Source: Vicinamibacterales bacterium
GTDB lineage: Bacteria; Acidobacteriota; Vicinamibacteria; Vicinamibacterales; JAMQPK01
Direction: 5' to 3'
Assembly: GCA_963738315.1 (NCBI GenBank)
Contig: CAVTVT010000003.1
Span: 103,253 to 167,252, forward strand
DNA length: 64,000 nucleotides
Part shown: piece after piece, positions 28,631-38,325 of the stretch
Numbering within the stretch: the first letter of the stretch is position 1
Layout: the number at the start of each line of letters is the position of its first letter
Notes under the pieces: generated by a model
Databases searched by the model: none
Told to the model about the DNA's origin: nothing
Seen by the model: only the letters and a program-made list of their open reading frames with translations
Translations under genes and position numbers: made by a program

Positions 28631-28767
28631 CGCGCAATCGTACTATAATTGGTGGAGACTCTCAGTCGGCGGGTCCCTCCACCTCCGCGGCGTGACGTTT
28701 CGGATGAACTGGCAACAGCAGCCGCACGGGCGATCGGACCTGCCATCGTTCAGGAGATCAGTGAGAT

Positions 28768-29040
28768 ATGGCAGATGCCGGTGAAGGATTGATCGACGCG
28801 CAGAATCGTATTCAGGAGCGGATGGACGAGCGCGAAGAAGAGCGCGCGCGCCGCCGCAACCGCCAGGCCGACCGGGACCCCGAACAGCTCCGCCGCGCAG
28901 AGTCGCTCAGACTGGCCTACACGGAGATGAGCCGCCAGCTCGCCGAGACGCGCCACGAGGCGCGCAAGACGCAGCTTGCGAGCGCGCTGGCCGAGCTCGA
29001 TCGCCAGCTGGCCGAGCTGGGTGCGCCGCGGGCGCACTGA
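28768..29040 (+). CDS. Small charged coiled-coil hypothetical protein (90 aa)
   Basis: ATG 28768 with AGGAGA about 13 nt upstream. GC3-rich codons. Highly charged helical sequence. No homology recognisable by eye. Confidence 0.4.
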   Translation: MADAGEGLIDAQNRIQERMDEREEERARRRNRQADRDPEQLRRAESLRLAYTEMSRQLAETRHEARKTQLASALAELDRQLAELGAPRAH

Positions 29041-29355
29041 CGCAGAGCCATTTTTCGACCCGCACGGCGCCGCGGCTCGGGTGTGCGAGCCGCGGTCGTC
29101 GGTGCGCCATCCCACAGAAGCGATCTCCCTGACGAGCGCGCGTCCCCGCCGCGTGCGGGTGTCACCGGCCCGCGTCTTCGCATCCTCTTCGTCTGCCGCT
29201 GGCGATTTGCTGCGATGCGTGAGGACCGCCCGGATGAATGTCGCCGCGCGGGCGTGATAGCATGAGGCGAGCGCTTGCGAAAACCTTCACAAGCGTTTCG
29301 GGCGCCGAGGTGCCTCCTGCAGCGGCACCGAGCGGGCGAGGGGCACCCGCGACTG

Positions 29356-29715
29356 ATGTTTGACTGGCTGTTGATCGGAATCCTGATGGGGCTCGGCGCG
29401 GCATTCGGCGCCGGCTCTCTGGTGCTCTCCCGGTTTCTCGGCCCCCACAACCCCACGCCCGAAAAATCAGCGCCGTACGAGTGCGGCATGCCGCCCGTCG
29501 GCGACGCGCGCGAGCGGCAGTCGGTCCGGTTCTATCTGATCGCCATGATCTTCCTGCTCTTCGACATCGAAGTCGCGTTCCTCTATCCCTGGGCGCTCGC
29601 GTTGCGCGGCCTCGGCTGGACAGGCTACCTGCAGGTGGTCCTGTTCACGCTCGCGCTGGCCGCCGGCTATCTCTACGTCTGGAAGAAGGGCGCGCTCGAC
29701 TGGAGCCACCGCTGA
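29356..29715 (+). CDS. nuoA: NADH-quinone oxidoreductase subunit A
   Basis: Track ORF 29275..29715. ATG 29356 gives [20 protein letters not shown]... Conserved PYECGMPP and [22 protein letters not shown]. Confidence 0.9.
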   Translation: MFDWLLIGILMGLGAAFGAGSLVLSRFLGPHNPTPEKSAPYECGMPPVGDARERQSVRFYLIAMIFLLFDIEVAFLYPWALALRGLGWTGYLQVVLFTLALAAGYLYVWKKGALDWSHR

Positions 29716-30185
29716 TGGCCGCGCACGAGCACGATCCCGAGCTGCCGGTGCTGACCACGACCGTCGACAAGATGGTGCAGTGGGCGCGCCGGTCGTCGAT
29801 CTGGCCGGTCACCTTCGGCCTGGCCTGCTGCGCCATCGAGATGATGGCGATGAGCTGCTCGCGCTACGACATCGCGCGCTTCGGCGCGGAGGTGTTCCGC
29901 GGCTCGCCGCGCCAGTCGGATCTGATGATCGTGGCGGGCCGGCTTTCGCGCAAGATGGCGCCGGCGCTGCGGCGCGTCTACGACCAGATGCCGGATCCCA
30001 AATGGGTGATCTCGATGGGCGCGTGCGCGTCGATTGGCGGCGTGTTCGACAACTATGCGCTCGTGCAGGGCGTGGATCAGGTCGTGCCGGTGGACGTCTA
30101 CGTGCCCGGGTGTCCGCCGCGGCCCGAGTCGCTCATCTACGGCATCGTCCAGCTCCAGAAGAAGATCGCTGCCCAGCACGCATGA
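29715..30185 (+). CDS. nuoB: NADH-quinone oxidoreductase subunit B
   Basis: ATG 29715 overlaps the nuoA stop by 1 nt. N2-cluster motifs [29 protein letters not shown]. Confidence 0.95.
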   Translation: MAAHEHDPELPVLTTTVDKMVQWARRSSIWPVTFGLACCAIEMMAMSCSRYDIARFGAEVFRGSPRQSDLMIVAGRLSRKMAPALRRVYDQMPDPKWVISMGACASIGGVFDNYALVQGVDQVVPVDVYVPGCPPRPESLIYGIVQLQKKIAAQHA

Positions 30186-30198
30186 TTCGGACGCGGCA

Positions 30199-30744
30199 GT
30201 GACCTCCACCGACCTTCTCGACGACCTCCGCGCCCGCCTCCCCGGCATCACGCTGGATCTCGCGCCCTCTCCGGAGCACCCGGCGCTCGTCGCCCCGGCC
30301 GGCGCGATCGTGGACGTCTGCCGCGCGCTTCGGGAAGGCCGCGGGTTCATCCTGCTGGCGGACATCACCGCGGTGGACTGGTGGCCGCGGGAGCCGCGGT
30401 TCGAGGTCGTCTACCACCTGGCGTCCGACCGGGAACGGCTGCGCGTCAAGACGTCGGTGGACGGTGCGCACGCGCACGTGCCGACGCTGCTGCCGGTGTG
30501 GCCGGCTGCCGGCTGGCTCGAGCGGGAGGTCTGGGACATGTTCGGCATCGTCTTCGACGGCCACGGGGATCTGCGCCGGCTGCTGATGCCGGAGGACTGG
30601 GAAGGGCACCCGCTGCGCAAGGACTACCCGGTCCAGATCCGGCTGCGGCCGCGGTCGACCGAGCCGCTGCAGGTCTCGGAGGCGGAGTTCCGCGCCAACA
30701 TCGTCAAGGACCGGAATGAGCGCCGATCCGACCGCCCTCGTTGA
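30199..30744 (+). CDS. nuoC: NADH-quinone oxidoreductase subunit C
   Basis: Probable GTG 30199. ..LADITAVDWWPREPRFEVVYHLAS..WLEREVWDMFGIVFDGHGDLRRLLMPEDWEGHPLRKDYP is the NuoC (30 kDa subunit) signature. Confidence 0.85.
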   Translation: MTSTDLLDDLRARLPGITLDLAPSPEHPALVAPAGAIVDVCRALREGRGFILLADITAVDWWPREPRFEVVYHLASDRERLRVKTSVDGAHAHVPTLLPVWPAAGWLEREVWDMFGIVFDGHGDLRRLLMPEDWEGHPLRKDYPVQIRLRPRSTEPLQVSEAEFRANIVKDRNERRSDRPR

Positions 30745-31291
30745 AGGCATCCTGCGCGCGTCGGCGGCGCTGCACGAGCAGGCGGCGCGGCGGTCGGCGG
30801 CCGCCGTCGTCGCGGTCGCGGAGCTGTTGAAAGCGGTGTTCGCCGGCGGAGGTCAGGTGCTCGTCTTCGGCAACGGCGGCAGCGCGGCGGACGCGCAGCA
30901 CCTGGCGGCGGAGCTCGTCGGCCGCTTCGAGCGCGACCGGCGCGGCGTGCCCGCCATCGCGCTCACGACCGACACGAGCATCCTCACGGCAGTGGCCAAC
31001 GACTACGGCTTCGAGCGGATCTTCGCGCGGCAGATCGAGGCGCTCGGACGCACGGGCGACGCGGCGATCGGCATCTCGACCAGCGGCGCATCGGCCAACG
31101 TCCTCCGTGCGCTGCAGGCTGCCTCGGCACGGGGGCTCAAGACGGTTGCCTTCACGGGACACGACGGGGGGCCGGTCGGCGCGGCCGCCGACCTCCACGT
31201 GAACGTGCCGCACACCAGCGCCGCGCGGGTGCAGGAGCTGCACCGCACGCTGATGCACGCGGTCTGCGAGCTGGTGGAGAGGGATCTGTAA
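30716..31291 (+). CDS. gmhA: SIS-domain phosphoheptose isomerase (D-sedoheptulose-7-phosphate isomerase) embedded in the nuo operon
   Basis: Intact 191-aa ORF. It aligns along its whole length with the E. coli GmhA pattern: GNGGSAADAQHLAAEL.GR..., PAIAL, NDYGFERIFARQIEALGRTGD, GISTSGASANV, TG.DGG, VPH....RVQELH. It overlaps the nuoC 3' end, and its TAA directly abuts the nuoD ATG. Confidence 0.8.
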   Translation: MSADPTALVEGILRASAALHEQAARRSAAAVVAVAELLKAVFAGGGQVLVFGNGGSAADAQHLAAELVGRFERDRRGVPAIALTTDTSILTAVANDYGFERIFARQIEALGRTGDAAIGISTSGASANVLRALQAASARGLKTVAFTGHDGGPVGAAADLHVNVPHTSAARVQELHRTLMHAVCELVERDL

Positions 31292-32473
31292 ATGCCCGAG
31301 CTGCGCACCGAGACGATGACCGTCAACATGGGGCCGCAGCACCCCAGCACGCACGGCGTGCTGCGGCTGGTGCTCGAGCTCGACGGCGAGACGGTGGTGT
31401 CGTGCGCGCCCACGATCGGGTACCTCCATACCGGTATCGAGAAGACGACGGAGCAGAAGAAGTTCCAGCAGGTGATTCCGCTCGTCGAGCGCATGGACTA
31501 CCTGAGCGCGCACTCGAACGCCTTCGCCTACGCGCTCTCGGTGGAGAAGCTGCTGGGGCTCGAGATGCCCGATCGGGTGAAGTGGATCCGCGTGCTCCTG
31601 GCCGAGCTGCAGCGGATCAACAGCCATCTCGTGTGGCTGGGCACGCACGGCATGGAGGTCGGGGCCATCTCGGTCATGCTCTACTGCTTCCGCGAGCGCG
31701 AGCTGCTGCTCGACATCAACGAACGGATCGCCGGGTTCCGGATGTTCCCGACCTACATCCGCGTCGGCGGGCTGCGGGAAGATCTGCCTCGCGGCTTCCA
31801 CGAGGCGGTGACCCACTTCCTCGATGCGTTTCCCGCCAAGCTGGATGAATACGAGGACCTGCTCACGAGCAACGAGATCTATCTGAAGCGCACGCGGGGC
31901 GTGGGCCGGCTCTCGAAAGAGGACTGTATCGGGCTCGGTCTGGCAGGCCCGATCGGCCGGGCCGCCGGCTGGAGCTACGACGTGCGGAAGGCGTTCCCGT
32001 ACGGCGGGTACGAGACGTTCGATTTCAACGTGCCGGTGGGCACCGAAGGCGACGTCTACGACCGGTACCTGGTGCGCATCGAGGAGATGCGCCAGAGCGT
32101 CGGGATCTGCCGCCAGGCGCTGTCGCGGATTGCGCCGTCGGGCGAGTTCGCGGCCAACGCGCCGACGGTCGTGCCGCCGCCGAAGGATCAGGTCTACACG
32201 GAAATGGAAGCGCTCATTCAGCACTTCCTGATCTATTCGCAGGGGTTCACGGTGCCCGCCGGCGACGTGTACGTGCCGGTGGAAGGCCCCCGCGGCGAGC
32301 ACGGCTTCTACGTGGTGTCGGACGGCACGAACCGTCCGTGGCGCGTGAAGGCGCGCTCGCCGTCGCTGCTCGCCTGCCAGGCGTTGCCGCAGATGATCAC
32401 GGGCGGGCTCATCGCCGACGTGATCGCCGTCATCGGGTCGGCGGACGTCGTCATGGGAGACGTGGATCGATGA
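31292..32473 (+). CDS. nuoD: NADH-quinone oxidoreductase subunit D
   Basis: Intact 393-aa ORF. NMGPQHPSTHGVLRL, ...IGYLHTGIEK.., C-terminal ..SADVVMGDVDR. Confidence 0.95.
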   Translation: MPELRTETMTVNMGPQHPSTHGVLRLVLELDGETVVSCAPTIGYLHTGIEKTTEQKKFQQVIPLVERMDYLSAHSNAFAYALSVEKLLGLEMPDRVKWIRVLLAELQRINSHLVWLGTHGMEVGAISVMLYCFRERELLLDINERIAGFRMFPTYIRVGGLREDLPRGFHEAVTHFLDAFPAKLDEYEDLLTSNEIYLKRTRGVGRLSKEDCIGLGLAGPIGRAAGWSYDVRKAFPYGGYETFDFNVPVGTEGDVYDRYLVRIEEMRQSVGICRQALSRIAPSGEFAANAPTVVPPPKDQVYTEMEALIQHFLIYSQGFTVPAGDVYVPVEGPRGEHGFYVVSDGTNRPWRVKARSPSLLACQALPQMITGGLIADVIAVIGSADVVMGDVDR

Positions 32474-33087
32474 CCTTTCATCCGCCGATGGACTACAGGG
32501 ACCTGCACCGGTCGGCGCGGCAGCTGCCGTACGACGACGGGCAGCCGTTCGAGTACACGGCCGAGAACCGCGCCAGGCTCGAGGAGATCGCGCGGCGCTA
32601 TCCGCCGGAGGGGCGCCGTTCGATCATCCTGCCGGCTCTCTACCTGGTGCAGCGCCAGCACGGCTACGTCTCGCGCAACGCGCTGCCGCACGTCGCCCAG
32701 GTCGTCGGCTGCACGCCAGTCGAAGTGGAGGACGTCGTCTCGTACTACTCGATGTTCTACACGCGGCCGGTTGGCCGCTACGTGGTGCAGGTCTGCCGCA
32801 CCCTGCCGTGCGCGCTGCGGGGCGCCGAGCGGGTGACCGAAGAGCTGATCGCGGCCACCGGCGCCACGCCGAATGCCACCGACCCCAGCGGTACGTTCAC
32901 GCTGGTGGAGGTCGAGTGCCTCGGCGCGTGCGATCGCGCGCCGGTCGCGCTCGTGAACGACAGCTGGCAGGAGTGTCTCGCCCCGGAGGATGCGCGCGCG
33001 CTGGTCGAGCGCCTGCGCCGTGAAGGCGAGGACGCCGTGAGCGGATGCCATCACTGGGCGGTGGAAGGGGGAAGGGGTAAGGGGTAA
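32470..33087 (+). CDS. nuoE: NADH-quinone oxidoreductase subunit E
   Basis: ATG 32470 (ATGA overlap with the nuoD stop). [2Fe-2S] ligand pattern CRTLPC ... ECLGACDRAP. The last codons (GGRGKG) are made of 7-nt repeats. Confidence 0.9.
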   Translation: MTFHPPMDYRDLHRSARQLPYDDGQPFEYTAENRARLEEIARRYPPEGRRSIILPALYLVQRQHGYVSRNALPHVAQVVGCTPVEVEDVVSYYSMFYTRPVGRYVVQVCRTLPCALRGAERVTEELIAATGATPNATDPSGTFTLVEVECLGACDRAPVALVNDSWQECLAPEDARALVERLRREGEDAVSGCHHWAVEGGRGKG

Positions 33088-33091
33088 GGGA
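33064..33091 (+). repeat. Four tandem heptamers GAAGGGG-GAAGGGG-TAAGGGG-TAAGGGA spanning the nuoE stop
   Basis: Read directly at 33064-33091. The nuoE TAA (33085-33087) lies inside the last unit. Confidence 0.8.
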
Positions 33092-33098
33092 ACCGCTG

Positions 33099-34401
33099 AT
33101 GGATGAACCGATTCTCACGAAGTTCGTTCGCGAGCCGCAAGCTACACGCTCGACTCCTACCTTCGGCACGAAGGCTACGAAGGTCTGCGGAGGGCGCTGG
33201 CGATGGCGCCCAAGGATGTCATCGAGCTGGTGAAGGCCTCGGGGCTGAAGGGGCGCGGAGGCGCGGGGTTTCCGACCGGCATGAAGTGGCAGTTCGTCGT
33301 GAAGGACTCGCCGAAGCCGAAGTACATCGTCTGCAACGCCGACGAGAGCGAGCCGGGCACGTTCAAGGACCATTTGCTGATGGAGCGCAACCCGCACCTG
33401 CTGTTCGAGGGCTGTCTGATCGCCTGCCATGCGATCGGCGCAAAGGTGGCCTACATCTACATCCGCGGCGAGTTCCTCCACGTGCAGCGCGTCCTGGAAG
33501 AGCAGCTCGCGGCGGCGTATGCCCGGGGATATGCCGGCACGAACATCATGGGCCTTGGCTTCGACTGCGAGATCGTGATCCATCGCGGCGCCGGCGCGTA
33601 CGAGGCCGGTGAGGAGACGGCGCTGCTCGAGTCGCTCGAAGGCAAGCGCGCCCAGCCGCGCCTGAAACCGCCGTTCCCAGCCGTGTCGGGCCTGTATGGG
33701 TCGCCGACGGCGGTCAACAACGTCGAGACGCTGTCCAACGTCCCGCTCGTCCTGCTCCGCGGCGCCGAATGGTACGCGGCCCTGGGACCGGAGAAGAACG
33801 GCGGCCCGAAGCTGTACTGCCTGAGCGGCCACGTGGCTCGGCCGGGCGTCTACGAGGCGTCGATGAAGGTCACGCTGCGCGAGCTCGTCTTCGAGTACGG
33901 AGGCGGCGTCCGGGACGGCCGCCCGCTCAAGGCGGTGATCCCGGGCGGGTCGTCGGTGCCCATTCTGCTGCCCGACCAGCTCGACGTCAGGCGAGCTTCG
34001 ACGGCGTCGCCAAGGCCGGTTCGCTGCTCGGCTCGGCCGGCATCATCGTGCTCGACGACACCACCTGCATGGTCTGGGTCGCCGAAAACCTGCTCAGGTT
34101 CTACCGCCACGAGTCGTGCGGCAAGTGCACGCCCTGCCGCGAGGGCACTCAGTGGCTGGTGAACATCGTCGCCAAGATCGAGCGGGGAGAGGGAGAAATG
34201 AAGGACCTGGCGCTGCTCGAGAGCGTCGCCGGGCTGATCGCCGGCAAGACCTTGTGTGCGTTCGGCGACGCCGCCGCCACGCCGGCGCTGACGACGCTGA
34301 AGAACTTCCGCGCCGAGTACGAGGCGCACGTGCGCGAGTCGCGCTGCACCGTGCCGGCGCCGTGGCGCCGGCAGTCGGCCGCGCCGGTCGCCGCCCATTG
34401 A
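33099..34401 (+). pseudogene. nuoF: NADH-quinone oxidoreductase subunit F (frame breaks near 33140 and 33988-33991)
   Basis: MDEPILTKFVREPQ then a shift (an AA run where AAA would restore SYTLDSYLRHEGYEGLRRALAM). ORF 33203..34162 carries GLKGRGGAGFPTG and NADESEPGTFKD. After ..LPDQLDV the frame moves to ORF 33769..34401 with ESCGKCTPCREG (N3 cluster). Confidence 0.9.
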
Positions 34402-34402
34402 T

Positions 34403-34441
34403 CCCGAGCCTGAGCCTTGAGCCCTGAGCCTTGAGCCTTGA
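34403..34441 (+). repeat. Tandem heptamer array (Y)TGAGCC x5 in the nuoF-nuoH spacer
   Basis: cccgagc ctgagcc ttgagcc ctgagcc ttgagcc ttga. TGA triplets at 34411, 34418, 34425, 34432 and 34439, exactly 7 nt apart, so stops fall in all three frames. Confidence 0.85.
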
Positions 34442-35471
34442 TGTGATCTCTCCCGTCGTCATCGCGCAGCTCGTGCTGCTGGCGTTCGTCTTCTTCATGC
34501 TGCTGAACTCGGCGGCCGTGATGGTCTACGTCGAGCGCAAGGTGGCCGCCCGCATCCAGCAGCGGGTGGGCCCCTATCTGGTCGGCCCGCGCGGCGCGCT
34601 GCAGCCGCTTGCCGACATCGTCAAGCTGATGTTCAAGGAGGAGCTGCGGCCGAAGGCGGCCGACAGCGTGCTCTTCGCGCTGGCGCCGGTGATCTCGGCG
34701 ACCGCCGCCTTCACCGCCTTCTCCGTGGTGCCGTTCGGCGCCGAGACGACGCTGTTCGGGCTGCTCGATCGCCCCATTCCCCTGCAGGTGGCCGACGTCA
34801 ACGTCGCGGTGCTGGTCGTCTTCGCCGTGACCTCCATGGGCGTGTACGGCATCGTGCTCGCCGGCTGGAGCTCCAACAGCAAATACTCCCTGCTCGGGGC
34901 GCTCCGGTCGGCCGCGCAGATGATCAGCTACGAGCTCTCCTACGGCATGGCGCTCGCGAGCGTGCTCGTGCTCGCCGGATCGCTGTCGCTGCGCGATATC
35001 GTGAACGCGCAGGCCGGCGCCTGGCTGCACGTGCTGCCGCGCTGGTACGTGCTTCCTGCAGCCGGTCGGATTTCTCATCTACATGACCGCGGGCGTGGCG
35101 GAGACCAACCGCGCGCCCTTCGATTTTCCCGAGGCCGAGCAGGAGCTCGTCGCGGGGTATCACACGGAATACAGCAGCATGAGCTTCGCCATGTTCTTCA
35201 TGGCGGAGTACATCAACATGGTCACCGTGTCGGCGGTGGCCACGGATCTGTTCCTGGGCGGCTGGCACGGCCCGTCTGCTGCCCGAGTCGCTCGGGTGGA
35301 TCTGGTTCCTGCTGAAAGTCGCCGCGCTGCTGTTCTTCTACGTCTGGATGCGGTGGACGCTGCCGAGTACCGCTACGACCAGCTGATGCAGTTCGGGTGG
35401 AAGGTGCTGCTGCCGATTTCGGTGCTCAACCTGCTCTCACGGCCGCCGGAGTGCTGTACTTTGGCGTATAA
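34431..35471 (+). pseudogene. nuoH: NADH-quinone oxidoreductase subunit H (about four frame breaks: ~35051, ~35274, ~35366, ~35437)
   Basis: TTG 34431 or GTG 34443. ..VMVYVERKVAARIQQRVGP.. Then [55 protein letters not shown] (ORF 35083..). Then [47 protein letters not shown], and the end [13 protein letters not shown] at 35469-35471. Confidence 0.9.
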
Positions 35472-36020
35472 CCTCGTCTTTTTCTACGTCGTTCGCGGCC
35501 ATCGCCGTCGGCTCGCACGCTGCTGGTGATCGCGCAGCCCAACCCCATCCACAGCGTGCTCCTGCTCATCGTGTCGTTCATGGCGCTCGCGGCGCTCTAC
35601 GTGCTGCTCGACGCGCCGTTCGTCGCCGTGACGCAGATCATCGTGTACGCCGGCGCCATCATGGTGCTGTTCCTGTTCGTCGTCATGCTCCTCAACGTTC
35701 CGCGGGAGGAGGACGATAGGGCGCCGGGCACCGTCCGGGAGTCGAACGGCGCCCGCGCGTTCGGGGCGCTCCTGGCCGGGCTGATGGCGGTGGAGCTCGT
35801 CTGGGCTTTCGGCCGCACGAGCCTGACGGCCGAGGCGGCCGGAGAGCCGTCGCAGACATCCTGGAGCGTGGCGGAAATCGGGCGCGTGCTCTTCCAGCGG
35901 TATGCCTTCGCGTTCGAGGCGACCTCGGTGCTGATCCTGATCGCGATGGTGGGCGCCGTCACGCTGGCGGGCCGTCAGGCGGCCGGGCGGGCCCAGAAGG
36001 GCGGGCCATGGCGGGGCTGA
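35472..36020 (+). pseudogene. nuoJ: NADH-quinone oxidoreductase subunit J (N-terminus readable only across two frame changes)
   Basis: LVFFYV / FAAIAVGS / [59 protein letters not shown]. The remainder is the intact ORF 35526..36020. The start codon is not identifiable. Confidence 0.8.
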
Positions 36021-36310
36021 CGCACTATCTCGTGCTGTCGGGCGTGCTGTTCACCATCGGCACGATGGGGGTCTTCCTGCGGCGCAACCTCATCACCATG
36101 CTCCTCTCGATCGAGGTGATGCTCAATGCGGTGAATCTGTCGTTTGTCGCCTTCGGGCGCTTCCTCGGCGTGGTCGACGGCCAGATTATCGTGTTCTTCG
36201 TGATCACCGTCGCGGCGGCCGAGGCCGCCGTGGGCCTTGCGCTGGTCATCGCCATGTTCAGACACGTCGAGAGCCTGAACCCCGACGCGTTTCGCGAGTT
36301 GAAAGGCTAG
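36008..36310 (+). CDS. nuoK: NADH-quinone oxidoreductase subunit K
   Basis: Intact 100-aa ORF with three TM helices. ..MLLSIEVMLNAVNLSFVAF.. and ..VAAAEAAVGLALVIA.. Confidence 0.9.
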   Translation: MAGLTHYLVLSGVLFTIGTMGVFLRRNLITMLLSIEVMLNAVNLSFVAFGRFLGVVDGQIIVFFVITVAAAEAAVGLALVIAMFRHVESLNPDAFRELKG

Positions 36311-36315
36311 GCGGC

Positions 36316-38325
36316 GTGCTGGTCTGGATCCCCCTCCTGCCGTTCGCCGGGTTTCTGCTGAACAGCCTCTACGGCCGTCATCTCTCGCGGCGTGTGTCCG
36401 GCGGCGTCGCGTCTGCCGCCATGCTCGGTGCCTTTGGCGTCTCGGTGGCCGCCGTTCTGCGGTTGTCCGGCCTTGCCGAGGACGCACACGCGTTCTCGGA
36501 GCAGGTCTTCACCTGGATTCCCTCTGGCGTGTACCAGGTGCCGTTCACGCTGCGCCTCGATCCGCTCGCCGCGCTGATGAGTCTGGTGGTCACCGGTATC
36601 GGCTTCCTGATTCACGTGTACTCGACCAGCTACATGCACGAGGAGCGCCCGTCGGAATACGCGCGCTACTTCTCGTATCTGAATCTCTTCGCCGCCTTCA
36701 TGCTCGTGCTGGTGCTCGCGGCGAACTTCCTCGTGATGTTCGTCGGGTGGGAAGGGGTGGGGCTCTGCTCGTATCTGCTCATCGGCTTCTGGTACGAGAA
36801 GCGGGCCGCGGCCGACGCCGGCAAGAAGGCGTTCATCGTCAACCGCATCGGCGACGTCGCGTTCATTCTCGGCGTGCTGCTCACGTTCGTGCGGTTCAGC
36901 ACGCTGGATTTCGCGGCGGTCGCCGCCGCGGTCGCCCGGTTTGCGCCGGAGGCGACCTTCGGCACCTTCTCCACCATCGCGCTGCTGCTGTTCGTGGGCG
37001 CCACCGGCAAGTCGGCGCAGATCCCGCTCTACGTGTGGCTGCCCGACGCCATGGAGGGGCCGACCCCGGTCTCGGCGCTCATTCACGCGGCGACGATGGT
37101 CACGGCGGGGGTGTACCTGATTGGCAGAAATGCGGTGCTGTTCTCGCATGCGCCGATCGTCCTCACGATCGTCGCCGTGATCGGAGCGGCGACGGCGATC
37201 TGGGCGGGCGCGTTCGGCCTGGTGCAGAACGACATCAAGCGCGTGCTGGCGTACTCGACGGTCTCGCAGCTCGGCTACATGTTTCTCGCAATGGGGGTCG
37301 GCGCCTTCGGGGCGGGCATCTTCCACCTGTTCACGCACGCATTCTTCAAGGCGCTGCTCTTCCTCGGATCCGGCGCCGTGATCCATGCCCTCGCCGGGGA
37401 ACAGGATCTTCGGAAGATGGGAGGCCTGCGCCGCCACCTTCCGGTGACCTACTGGACGTTCCTGATCGGATCGCTGGCCATTGCCGGCGTGCCCGGCCTC
37501 GCCGGCTTTTTCAGCAAGGATGAGATTCTGGCCGAAACGATGATTCGCGGGCACGTGTGGCTGTGGGCGATCGGCACGATCACGTCCTTCCTGACCGCCG
37601 TCTACATGTTCCGGCTCGTCTTCATGGCATTCCATGGAGATGCCCGATCCGCCGCGGCCGCGGGCGGCGGCCCGGCGCGGCATCATGGCCCGCCCGTGGG
37701 CGGGCAGCAGCCCGGTGTGGAGAGCCCCGAGGCCCACCACGAGGTGCACCTGCACGACGCCCCTCGCGCGATGGCCGTTCCACTCGTCGTGCTCGCCGCC
37801 GGGTCGGTGCTGGCGGGCTACGCCGGCGTGCCGGCCGTGCTCGGCGGCGCCAACCGGCTCGAGCGCTTTCTCGCGCCGAGCTTTGCGGCGCCGCTCATGC
37901 CCGTAGCCGAGGCCGTGCCCGGCGCGGCCGGGGGCGCAGGGGCTGAGCTCGCGTTGATGGTGCTGGCATCGCTGGTGGCCGTCGCCGGGATCCTGGTGGC
38001 AGCTCAGATCTATCTGCGCCAGCCCGGGACGGCACGCATGCTGGCCGCGCGGTTTCCCGGCGTGTACCGCTTCCTGCTGAACAAGGGGTACGTGGACGAG
38101 CTCTACGACGAGGTCTTCGTCCACCCCATCGAGGCCCTCTCGGAGGGACCGCTCTGGCGCGGACTCGACGCGCGGGTGATCGACGGCGCCGTGAACGGGA
38201 CGGGCGCGCTCGTCGTCGAGGCAGCCGGAGCCCTCCGCCGGCTGCAGACCGGATCGATGCGCGCGTACGCCGTCTCGGTCATGCTCGGCGCCGTGCTGAT
38301 CGTCGGCTACTACCTGTGGAGATGA
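36316..38325 (+). CDS. nuoL: NADH-quinone oxidoreductase subunit L
   Basis: Intact 669-aa ORF (GTG start). Antiporter-like core ..FVGWEGVGLCSYLLIGFWY.., ..GKSAQIPLYVWLPDAMEGPTPVSALIHAATMVTAGVYL.. Confidence 0.95.
   Translation: MLVWIPLLPFAGFLLNSLYGRHLSRRVSGGVASAAMLGAFGVSVAAVLRLSGLAEDAHAFSEQVFTWIPSGVYQVPFTLRLDPLAALMSLVVTGIGFLIHVYSTSYMHEERPSEYARYFSYLNLFAAFMLVLVLAANFLVMFVGWEGVGLCSYLLIGFWYEKRAAADAGKKAFIVNRIGDVAFILGVLLTFVRFSTLDFAAVAAAVARFAPEATFGTFSTIALLLFVGATGKSAQIPLYVWLPDAMEGPTPVSALIHAATMVTAGVYLIGRNAVLFSHAPIVLTIVAVIGAATAIWAGAFGLVQNDIKRVLAYSTVSQLGYMFLAMGVGAFGAGIFHLFTHAFFKALLFLGSGAVIHALAGEQDLRKMGGLRRHLPVTYWTFLIGSLAIAGVPGLAGFFSKDEILAETMIRGHVWLWAIGTITSFLTAVYMFRLVFMAFHGDARSAAAAGGGPARHHGPPVGGQQPGVESPEAHHEVHLHDAPRAMAVPLVVLAAGSVLAGYAGVPAVLGGANRLERFLAPSFAAPLMPVAEAVPGAAGGAGAELALMVLASLVAVAGILVAAQIYLRQPGTARMLAARFPGVYRFLLNKGYVDELYDEVFVHPIEALSEGPLWRGLDARVIDGAVNGTGALVVEAAGALRRLQTGSMRAYAVSVMLGAVLIVGYYLWR

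Noticed and set aside
28644-28649. Perfect TATAAT hexamer between yajQ and the small ORF at 28768
   Set aside because: There is no acceptable -35 or extended -10 at the right spacing on the plus strand, and the reverse-strand reading is equally weak. A single hexamer in an intergenic region is not enough to call a promoter.
34403-34441. Heptamer arrays as a CRISPR-like array or as proven deletion scars of nuoG / ssb
   Set aside because: The units are only 7 nt with no spacers, so this is not CRISPR. The scar idea is suggestive by position only and cannot be supported from this window alone. It is kept as an open question within the repeat finding.
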